This document shows positions 1 to 6,952 of a DNA stretch of 51,318 nucleotides, one piece after another. Origin of the DNA: an uncultured Alphaproteobacteria bacterium (GTDB taxonomy: Bacteria > Pseudomonadota > Alphaproteobacteria > Rs-D84). Below the pieces are notes generated by a model that worked only from the letters and a program-made list of their open reading frames with translations, had not been told where the DNA came from and made no database searches. Each line of letters starts with the position of its first letter. Position 1 is the first letter of the stretch. Where the stretch lies: the NCBI GenBank assembly GCA_944389645.1, contig CALXMZ010000013.1, forward strand, positions 1 to 51,318. The letters run 5' to 3'. The translations under genes and the position numbers were made by a program.

Positions 1-1161
1 ACTCAATGTAGAGCTTATCTTTGTAAGCAAAGCAACATCTGCCTCATTTAAACTAACTGTTGGAACTGTACTTGACTTGTATTTTTCCAACAGCTTGCAC
101 GAACGCATATGCAAATTACCAATAGTATTAGCCATAAGCTGATAAAATTCGATTATATTCTTTTCTGATACGGGAATATCTTTATCACTTACATTTGTGG
201 CCATAAACATGCGCAAAGTATCCGTACCAACGGTATTTATCACCTTTATTGGATCAACAACATTTCCAATTGATTTTGACATCTTTAGTCCAGATTCTCC
301 AGTTAAAAAACCATGTACAAAAACATGATTGACCGGATTTAAGTCCATGGCTTTTAACATTATCGGCCAATAAATACAATGGGGCTTTATAATGTCTTTA
401 CCCATCAAATGAACAGAATTTGCCCACAATTGTGACCTATTTGATTTGTCTTTAATGCTAGAAATATAATTAACAAGAGCATCAAACCAAATATACGCAA
501 CATAATTATTGTCAAAAGGTAGCGAAACACCTAATTTTACACGAGATGCCGGACGCGAAATACACAAGTCTTCCAGCGGTTCTTTAAGCATATTCAAAAT
601 TTCTGTAGCAAAATAATTAGGTTGTATCCAATTCGGATGATTTTTTATATACTCAACAAGCCAATTACGGAACGGCTCTAACCGAAAGAAATAATTTTCT
701 TCTTCAACAAGGACGGGCTTTTTTTGATGTTGTGGACAATTACCATTTTCATCCAAGTCAGACTCGCGCTTGAACATTTCGCATCCTTCGCAATACAAAC
801 CTGAATACTTTTTCTTAATTATATAACCACGCTCATAAATTTTTTGTAAAAAATCCTGAACTACCTTCATATGATTTTCTGAAGTGGTACGAACAAAAAA
901 ATCGTACTGTATGTTTAAATCATCAAATAGGGATTTAAAAACATTTGCCTTATTATCCAAGAATTGCTGCTCAGAAACGCCACTTTTTTCAATGGCAGAC
1001 TGTATTTTTTGTCCATGTTCATCAACACCGGTCGTATAAAACGTCTCTTCACCGTTCATAGCTGCAACGCGTTTTAAAACATCACCAAGAATTGTGGTAT
1101 ATGCATGACCAATATGCGGATCGCCATTAGGATAATAAATAGGCGTAGTTATATATTTCAT
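1..1161 (-). CDS. metG: methionine--tRNA ligase, N-terminal ~387 codons (C-terminal part lies beyond the window start)
   Basis: The minus-strand frame is open from the window edge to an ATG at 1159-1161. It is absent from the ORF track because it is truncated. My translation MKYITTPIYYPNGDPHIGHAYTTILGDVLKRVAAMNGEETFYTTGVDEHGQKI... matches the class I MetRS N-terminus, including the HIGH-type motif. Confidence 0.9.
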   Translation of the reverse strand, partial: MKYITTPIYYPNGDPHIGHAYTTILGDVLKRVAAMNGEETFYTTGVDEHGQKIQSAIEKSGVSEQQFLDNKANVFKSLFDDLNIQYDFFVRTTSENHMKVVQDFLQKIYERGYIIKKKYSGLYCEGCEMFKRESDLDENGNCPQHQKKPVLVEEENYFFRLEPFRNWLVEYIKNHPNWIQPNYFATEILNMLKEPLEDLCISRPASRVKLGVSLPFDNNYVAYIWFDALVNYISSIKDKSNRSQLWANSVHLMGKDIIKPHCIYWPIMLKAMDLNPVNHVFVHGFLTGESGLKMSKSIGNVVDPIKVINTVGTDTLRMFMATNVSDKDIPVSEKNIIEFYQLMANTIGNLHMRSCKLLEKYKSSTVPTVSLNEADVALLTKISSTLS

Positions 1162-1456
1162 ATACAAAGCCCCTTAAATATTCAACAAAAACAATAGCAA
1201 ACAACAACTAAATGTCAAGTTTTTTATAATTAAGCAAAGCCAATATCTACAAACATAAAATAATGTTTTACTTTAAATAATAATTATATGACCTTTTAAA
1301 AGCTTACACTAACAAGCACGTTTCTAAAAGCTTCCTACCAGCCCCTGTTCAGAGAATACTTTATTATTGTAAAAAACGGACATTTCGACTAAAATTTACA
1401 CAACCTGCACTAGAATCCACCCACAGTTTTCTAAGCACTTGCGCCCTACTCACCCC

Positions 1457-1530
1457 AAAATTCCCTGCAAAAATAACAGGGAATTTTTCAGAACATAACA
1501 GGGAGTTCCCATCGAATATCAGGGAATTTA
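1457..1530. repeat. cluster of four CAGGGAAT-type motifs; the first (inverted) and second form a 10-11 bp hairpin
   Basis: The motifs are aaaattccctg 1457-1467 and cagggaatttt 1477-1487 (inverted pair), cagggagttccc 1499-1510, and cagggaattta 1520-1530. They lie 80-150 nt upstream of the ORF starting at 1607. Confidence 0.45.
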
Positions 1531-1606
1531 ATAAGCTAACAACAAAACCCATTTTTATCTTGTTTTTCAAGGCGCATGTGATATTTTTCAAAAAAGGAGC
1601 TTCAAC

Positions 1607-1954
1607 ATGCCGCAACAAACAAAACCTTCTGACTATCTGAATAAAATTGTATCTGTTGTCATGGACAGACCATTGGGTACAAAGCACCCAAAACATGGAT
1701 TTGTGTACGAAGTAAATTACGGCTATATTCCAAGCACAGTTTCTGGTGACGGCGAAGAGCTTGACGCATATGTTTTAGGCATAGACAAACCACTAAAAGA
1801 ATTCACAGGACGTTGTGTAGCAATTATTCACCGTACAAACGATAACGATGATAAACTGGTGGTTGTTCCGGACAGCTTACAGATAACGAACCAATTCATA
1901 GAACAAAAAACTAAATTCCAAGAACAATGGTTCAAACACGAGATTATTAGGTAA
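1607..1954 (+). CDS. short inorganic pyrophosphatase-family protein (115 aa)
   Basis: An AAGGAG Shine-Dalgarno lies 7 nt upstream of the ATG. DRPLGTKHP..VNYGYIPSTVSGDGEELDAYVLG..IIHRTNDNDDKLVV resembles the metal-binding core of family I PPases in a truncated form. Confidence 0.7.
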   Translation: MPQQTKPSDYLNKIVSVVMDRPLGTKHPKHGFVYEVNYGYIPSTVSGDGEELDAYVLGIDKPLKEFTGRCVAIIHRTNDNDDKLVVVPDSLQITNQFIEQKTKFQEQWFKHEIIR

Positions 1955-2285
1955 AGATGAAGTAATTATAACCATTCCAGTTATTCTGCGTAAATACGCA
2001 ACAACGCGTATTGATAAAAACGCCAAGACTGGCGTTCTGAGCATAACCGATAATAACCACCTGATAGTAAAAGCCTTTGCAACAGCCTGGCGATACAAGG
2101 AACTATACGAGCGCGGAATTGGAATAAAACAAATATGTAATCAAGAACACATATCGCCCAGACAACTAAATAGGTATCTAGATTTAGCCTATATGAACCC
2201 GATAAAAATAAACGAAATACTATCGGGGTTCTCAAATCATAAAGTAAACGACCTGTTTAAAATCGCTACAGAAAACCAGTTATAA
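1953..2285 (+). pseudogene. C-terminal remnant of a recombinase (serine-recombinase-associated C-terminal region), no start codon
   Basis: The frame is open from 1902 to a TAA at 2283-2285 with no ATG/GTG/TTG until near the end. My translation ..NHLIVKAFATAWRYKELYERGIGIKQICNQEHISPRQLNRYLDLAYMNPIKINEILSGF.. resembles the conserved C-terminus (..RW..L..G......A......SYVSR.LRL..LAPDIVEAIL.G) of alphaproteobacterial recombinase-family proteins. Confidence 0.45.
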
Positions 2286-2289
2286 GACG

Positions 2290-3123
2290 CTATATGTTAT
2301 TCATTTCACAAAATACTTTACTGTCAAAAGGCCACGACCCAAAGCCCCCTTTTGTATTTTGTTGTTTATCACAGTAATCTGCCGCCCTTTGTCGCAAATA
2401 TCCCAAACTATTATTAATACGCTTATTAGAATAACGCAACTCTGGATCCTTCTTTATAAAAAAGGCTATCGTATCCCCATAGCAATTACACCAATTACCA
2501 GGTTTAACAGCCCGTCCATTATCTGCAAAAGAACATGTTAAGCTCTCATCATCAGATATTTCATCACAACTTTTTGAAGCATAATCAGGATAGGAATCCA
2601 TATTTACTTTTATCATAGCAACCTTTTCTTTAATTTGCCTTTTAGTTGCAAGCTTATTCATAAAAAATCCTTCCATCATCACTTTCTGTGCAAAACATTT
2701 TTTTTGTATATCTTTTTCTTGTAGCGGGGACTCAGTATGTTCTTTAATGCATTGCTCTTCTATAAAATTTCCTAGATTTTTTAACTGATGCCTATCGGTA
2801 AAATCAAACACGACAGGACGAACTAACACATAAATCAACAAACCAGAGAACAAACAAATTGCTAAAAAATAATTCGTATTCCTTTGCAAGAAAACAGAAT
2901 GTTTAAATAATTCTTTACGCCAAACCCAAACTAATAAAGCTATAACGGGAAATATTATGCAAAAAACAATATACTGCAATCCACACGGAAAAAATAATTG
3001 ATCACAAGTATAATTAGTACACAACACAAGAACAGACACTATTTCATAAAGACTGTAAATTGTAAATAACGCTTTACTATGATTTTGCCGTTTCTCCATA
3101 CCCATCTCCACACTATAATCCAA
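2290..3123 (-). CDS. hypothetical membrane protein with Cys-containing C-terminal domain
   Basis: This is a 277-aa ORF with about 4 hydrophobic helices in the N-terminal half and a soluble Cys-containing C-terminal half. I recognise no family. The start is uncertain because there are several in-frame Met near the N-terminus. Confidence 0.6.
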   Translation of the reverse strand: MDYSVEMGMEKRQNHSKALFTIYSLYEIVSVLVLCTNYTCDQLFFPCGLQYIVFCIIFPVIALLVWVWRKELFKHSVFLQRNTNYFLAICLFSGLLIYVLVRPVVFDFTDRHQLKNLGNFIEEQCIKEHTESPLQEKDIQKKCFAQKVMMEGFFMNKLATKRQIKEKVAMIKVNMDSYPDYASKSCDEISDDESLTCSFADNGRAVKPGNWCNCYGDTIAFFIKKDPELRYSNKRINNSLGYLRQRAADYCDKQQNTKGGFGSWPFDSKVFCEMNNI

Positions 3124-3289
3124 AGTTCATTCAAAAACATTTCTCTATTTTATGAACCTAGCTATTTTTCTACTCTCGCACAAAAAAAATATATATCTAT
3201 TAAAAACAAAAAAAAGCACTTTGCAACATATTATTTTTCATTTTTGCAAAAAAATTCATAAATCGGCATTGCAAAATTTGCCAGTGTAT

Positions 3290-3586
3290 GTCATATCTGA
3301 AAATTGGGCGGATTTGGCGTTATGAAAATCACATACTGTGCATTTTTGCATATAAAATCCCGCGTTTTCGGCGCAAGCAGCAAATTTTAATCGGGGCGAA
3401 TCCGAGTATATAAGAACAAGCCCAGCGCAGTTCGCATAAATACCGAGGATACACGCAGATTTATCACATATTTGTGATAAATCGAGTGAAAGATTCGCCC
3501 CCCCGACAAACGACCGTTTGTCGTTTGAATCTGAACGGGCCACCCAGAAAATTAAAACCGCCGCAAATGCGACGGTTTGAATTTTC
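3290..3586. other. GC-enriched, highly structured non-coding island (candidate ncRNA or att scar)
   Basis: A long-range inverted repeat pairs ggggcgaatc (3393-3402) with gattcgcccc (3492-3501). There is a perfect 11-bp hairpin at 3458-3483 and a 9-bp hairpin at 3504-3523. The 10-mer tcggggcgaa at 3391-3400 is identical to the tRNA-Pro 3' end at 3590-3599. There is no credible ORF. Confidence 0.35.
3551..3575 (-). terminator. putative intrinsic terminator downstream of tRNA-Pro
   Basis: On the minus strand the stem ccgtcgc, loop attt and stem gcggcgg (with one G-U pair) are followed by ttttaatttt. Confidence 0.5.
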
Positions 3587-3663
3587 TGGTCGGGGCGAAA
3601 GGATTCGAACCTTCGACACCTTGGTCCCAAACCAAGTACTCTACCAGACTGAGCTACACCCCG
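3587..3663 (-). tRNA. tRNA-Pro, anticodon UGG, CCA encoded
   Basis: The reverse complement is CGGGGTGTAGCTCAGTCTGGTAGAGTACTTGGTTTGGGACCAAGGTGTCGAAGGTTCGAATCCTTTCGCCCCGACCA. It folds as a cloverleaf with anticodon loop TTTGGGA. Confidence 0.95.
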
Positions 3664-3758
3664 AAACAAACCATATTATAACAAGCTTTTTTTAAAATGC
3701 AAACTTTTATATTAATTTTCTGCTTGTTTAATTTTATCAAAATTTTTACAATTATATC

Positions 3759-4757
3759 ATGTTACTAAATCTAAAAATTTTTGCCGCATCTTTCATTATG
3801 CTATTCATTACAAATATTGCTTCCGCAACAACTTCTGCTAGCAATTATATGAATACAAATACTTACAATAATTTATACCCTTATATGAATAATACTATGC
3901 GAACTAAACTTAATCCTGGTACGACACCGTCAAATTCTAATGCTCAAATAAACGTCCTGACTAGAACAAAAAGCACTAATAATAATTCTTCCACAAGCGC
4001 AAGAAGCGTGGTACCAAGAACAACCTACTCGGCCCGAATAATTACCAACTCGACAAACAATAATAATTCCGCAACAAGCTCTAGATCCGCTACAGCTTCT
4101 TCCGCAAGAACTGCTATGCCAACAACATCAACAAACAGAAAAGTTGTGGCAAGATCAGGTACTAGCACAAATACTCAAAATGCATCTGCACGATCTAATA
4201 GAGGCGACGCGTCAACACTCGCGAACAGAAATGCTACAGGCGTTATAAAGTATGAAAGTACAGAATCAATACCTTCATCACGCTGTATGGCTGATTATAT
4301 AGAATGTATGAACGGTTACTGTGAAAGAGAAAATACAAAATACAACCGCTGCTATTGCAGTACAAAACTTGCACAGATTGACGCAAAATATCAAACAGAA
4401 ATTGATCAACTTATAAAAGAAATACTAATATTAAAAAGTACAAACAACTGGACCCAAGAAGAAATGGACGAATATTGGATGGAAATGATCGGCAAGTATA
4501 CTGGTGAGAATTCTTGGGAAAATTTAGAAAGTGCTCTTAATATTGATTGGTCTAGCACAGAAAGTAGAGTACGTGGGCAGCAGGCTTTTGTTACAGGTCA
4601 TACTTATTGCGTACAACATTTAAAGGGTTGTGCATATATGGCAAATAACTTAAGAGATGCATATCGTTCTGAGATTGCTCGTGACTGCACATCTTATGAA
4701 ACTTCACTACAGAAAGTAAAAAGTGTTGCAGAAAGTCTAGTGGAGTCTTACAAATGA
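3759..4757 (+). CDS. secreted Cys-signature protein (signal peptide, S/T/N/R-rich linker, Cys-motif domain); small paralogue of the 38809-41937 protein
   Basis: The N-terminal signal peptide ends ..ITNIASA. About 150 aa of low complexity follows, with recurring SAR/SxR units, and then SRCMADYIECMNGYCERENTKYNRCYCS. Confidence 0.8.
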   Translation: MLLNLKIFAASFIMLFITNIASATTSASNYMNTNTYNNLYPYMNNTMRTKLNPGTTPSNSNAQINVLTRTKSTNNNSSTSARSVVPRTTYSARIITNSTNNNNSATSSRSATASSARTAMPTTSTNRKVVARSGTSTNTQNASARSNRGDASTLANRNATGVIKYESTESIPSSRCMADYIECMNGYCERENTKYNRCYCSTKLAQIDAKYQTEIDQLIKEILILKSTNNWTQEEMDEYWMEMIGKYTGENSWENLESALNIDWSSTESRVRGQQAFVTGHTYCVQHLKGCAYMANNLRDAYRSEIARDCTSYETSLQKVKSVAESLVESYK

Positions 4758-5587
4758 AAACATTTATAGGTATCGAATACGGTCGCGGTGCGACAGCTAT
4801 TGCAACGGATAAAGGTCCAGCACTTGCACCAAAAGTAATAAAAAATATTTTCCCAGATAATAAATGGTTAATTGTCACGTCAGAACCATTTAATGCAGAA
4901 GAATGCAAAAAAGATAGATTTGGAGAAAACTATAAAATACAGAAAAAAACATATGAACAAACCCCCAAAAATCCGCATATAATGATAGGAGGTGACCATT
5001 CTTTAAATTTCGGTCATTTTACAGCTGTAGCAGACAGTATCCCTGATCAAGAATTGTGTTTAATATATATAGATGCCCACCTTGATATTCACACACCAGA
5101 AAGTTCACAAAAAGAAGCTTCTGGTTCCCCACACGGCACAAACGTAAGGGCTCTTATTGGTGAGGGAGATAAACGTTGGTTATCTTTACAAAAAAAGTCC
5201 CCTTCTCTGAAACCGGAAAATGTATTTTATTTAGGAAGTCGTTCTTATGAAAACGCAGAAATACAATTTGTAAAAAATAACAATATATTCATGCGTACAA
5301 CTTCTGAAATATCAACAAAAAAACTATTACAAGAATCTATACAAATAATTCGTAATAAAATAAAGAATAAACCTTTTATCGTGTCTTTCGATTTTGACGT
5401 ACTGGATCCTAACATATTTGATGAAGTATTAGTTCCAGAACCAAATGGTATATCTTTAAATACAGCAAAATATTTATTAAACGAATTCAAAGATGCATTA
5501 AGTTTTGAATTCGTAGAATATGCACCAAAAGATAAAAAATCTTGCCAAGAAATTGCAAAAACGCTAATTGAAATTTCTTTAAAATAA
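4754..5587 (+). CDS. arginase/agmatinase/formimidoylglutamase (ureohydrolase) family protein
   Basis: The Mn-binding motifs GGDHS, IDAHLDIH and SFDFDVLDP are present, together with SPHG. The start overlaps the upstream stop (ATGA). Confidence 0.85.
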   Translation: MKTFIGIEYGRGATAIATDKGPALAPKVIKNIFPDNKWLIVTSEPFNAEECKKDRFGENYKIQKKTYEQTPKNPHIMIGGDHSLNFGHFTAVADSIPDQELCLIYIDAHLDIHTPESSQKEASGSPHGTNVRALIGEGDKRWLSLQKKSPSLKPENVFYLGSRSYENAEIQFVKNNNIFMRTTSEISTKKLLQESIQIIRNKIKNKPFIVSFDFDVLDPNIFDEVLVPEPNGISLNTAKYLLNEFKDALSFEFVEYAPKDKKSCQEIAKTLIEISLK

Positions 5588-5591
5588 AAAC

Positions 5592-6047
5592 TTATCTATT
5601 GTTAAACATTTTCTCAAAGTAAGCAAATATTATAGGAGTGCATGGGTTGTATGAAAAATGTAGATAAGCCAACCAAAACGCTTCTTTAAAAATTTTTTCA
5701 TCTAAATATTTATAATTCTCGGAAGACAATTTGATTAATTCATAAATATTTTCTTTTTCAGAAGCCGCGACAATTTTTCTAAACATCTTCCTTACCTTAT
5801 AAGAAGCAGCACCATATGCGGTTCTATAAGTATCACCAAAATCTATTCTTTTACCATTTCGAAAATTTCTAGGCACTATTTCTCTGGGGTTCATATCAAA
5901 TATTTTATATTTATTCTCATTTATATAAGTTGCGGAAGCATCATCCATCCAGTCAGACAACATATACAGATGTTTAGAAAAAGAAGCTAAATGAACTTTA
6001 TTATTACTTTTAGGTTCTGCTTTATAAGCATTAAAAGCCATTACCAC
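5592..6047 (-). CDS. hypothetical protein, probably the C-terminal half of a frameshift-split gene
   Basis: This is a 151-aa ORF starting at GTG. The same frame stays open a further 30 codons upstream (to 6137) without a start codon and overlaps the end of the 6116-6565 ORF. Confidence 0.5.
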   Translation of the reverse strand: MVMAFNAYKAEPKSNNKVHLASFSKHLYMLSDWMDDASATYINENKYKIFDMNPREIVPRNFRNGKRIDFGDTYRTAYGAASYKVRKMFRKIVAASEKENIYELIKLSSENYKYLDEKIFKEAFWLAYLHFSYNPCTPIIFAYFEKMFNNR

Positions 6048-6115
6048 CTCATAAAACGCACCATGATGTGAAACTTCAATATCTTCATAAAAAACTTTGA
6101 TAGCATAAAAGACTT

Positions 6116-6565
6116 TTAATTTAGGAAAAGATAATTTTTACCTACAAAACCGAAACCACCACGCCAATAATTCTTTGAATTGCAACCTTTTATTTCTAAG
6201 AAACAATCTGCGCAAAAAAGTTCTTTTATGTCATCAAGTTTATAAAAACAGTCATATTTTGAATATAATAAAGTAAAAAAATTTTCTGCCAAGGAATCAT
6301 CTAATGTTTTCACAAAAATTCTTGTACAATTAGATAACTGTTCTTTATTTTTTCTGGTGCGCAGTTCTTTCGGTAATTCACCGACAAACGGTGCAACAAA
6401 ACACATTTTTAATATACTTCTTATTAGATTTGGTCTAGATACAAAGCATTGTTTAAGAAAATGTGTTAAAGATACATGAACTATTTTTTTAACGGATTCA
6501 TCTCGTTTTCTTTCATAATAAAAAGTTAATTTATATAATAGAAATATCCTGTCAGATACCTTCAC
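6116..6565 (-). CDS. hypothetical protein, probably the N-terminal half of a frameshift-split gene
   Basis: This is a 149-aa ORF with only a GTG start. It ends 8 codons after an A5 run (6135-6139) where a 1-nt indel would fuse it to the 5592-6047 frame. Confidence 0.45.
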   Translation of the reverse strand: MKVSDRIFLLYKLTFYYERKRDESVKKIVHVSLTHFLKQCFVSRPNLIRSILKMCFVAPFVGELPKELRTRKNKEQLSNCTRIFVKTLDDSLAENFFTLLYSKYDCFYKLDDIKELFCADCFLEIKGCNSKNYWRGGFGFVGKNYLFLN

Positions 6566-6746
6566 AATATAAATTATGCCTGTAAATATTCCTTACTAGA
6601 TCATCGCTTATCACGTTCCAATCGTTTTCATGCCCATATATAGGATTACAATCTGGTTTCAACTGATTACAATTATTCTGAAATTGTGTATTTCTTGCGC
6701 AAGATGTCACGAATATCGTCAACACCAGTATGAAAAACTTTTGCAT
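6552..6746 (-). CDS. small lipoprotein (64 aa), o-spanin-like position
   Basis: The signal peptide carries a lipobox-like ..FVTSC. The mature part is about 48 aa with 4 Cys. The start is embedded out of frame in the 3' end of the 6673-6915 ORF, and a GGGA-type SD lies upstream. Confidence 0.55.
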   Translation of the reverse strand: MQKFFILVLTIFVTSCARNTQFQNNCNQLKPDCNPIYGHENDWNVISDDLVRNIYRHNLYCEGI

Positions 6747-6915
6747 TTACGTTATCCCTTTTTTTTGCGTTATTTGTATATTCTTGTAAAATTTTATGAT
6801 TTGTTTCTGTTGCAAAATCTTCCTTGCATCTTAAATTACCTTGCCTTACACCGATAAAATAAATACCTAAAACCATTAAAATGAAAAAAACAAATAAAAA
6901 TATTTTATCAAACAT
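6673..6915 (-). CDS. small N-terminally membrane-anchored protein (80 aa), i-spanin-like
   Basis: A strong AGGGAGGA SD lies 5 nt upstream. There is a single N-terminal TM helix (IFLFVFFILMVLGIYFIG) followed by a charged, probably helical, 58-aa tail. Confidence 0.6.
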   Translation of the reverse strand: MFDKIFLFVFFILMVLGIYFIGVRQGNLRCKEDFATETNHKILQEYTNNAKKRDNVNAKVFHTGVDDIRDILRKKYTISE

Positions 6916-6928
6916 TCTTTTCCTCCCT

Positions 6929-6952
6929 AAAAAAGACCTCTACCGAGGTCTT
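6929..6952 (-). terminator. intrinsic terminator immediately after rho
   Basis: On the minus strand the stem aagacctc, loop ggta and stem gaggtctt are followed by tttttt. The hairpin starts at the rho stop codon. Confidence 0.7.

Noticed and set aside
1364-1696. A 110-aa minus-strand ORF in the metG to PPase spacer.
   Set aside because: It overlaps the well-supported PPase-like start and the CAGGGAAT repeat array, and has no SD. It is likely spurious.
3458-3483. The palindrome gatttatcaca-tatt-tgtgataaatc, considered as DnaA boxes or an origin.
   Set aside because: TTATCACA does not fit the 9-mer TTATNCACA. There is no cluster of boxes, no AT-rich unwinding repeats and no dnaA/dnaN nearby.
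3290-3586. The GC-rich island was tested by eye against SRP (4.5S) RNA, tmRNA, RNase P RNA and 6S RNA signatures.
   Set aside because: I found no GGAA-tetraloop domain IV motif, no tRNA-Ala-like tmRNA end and no GAGGAAAGUCC-type RNase P motif. It is left as unclassified in the findings.
3256-3669. A 137-aa minus-strand ORF in the track, together with the 3474-3695 plus-strand ORF.
   Set aside because: Both run through the tRNA-Pro gene and the GC-rich hairpin region. The translation is Arg/Cys/Gly-rich, with no SD or sensible start. I treat the region as non-coding.
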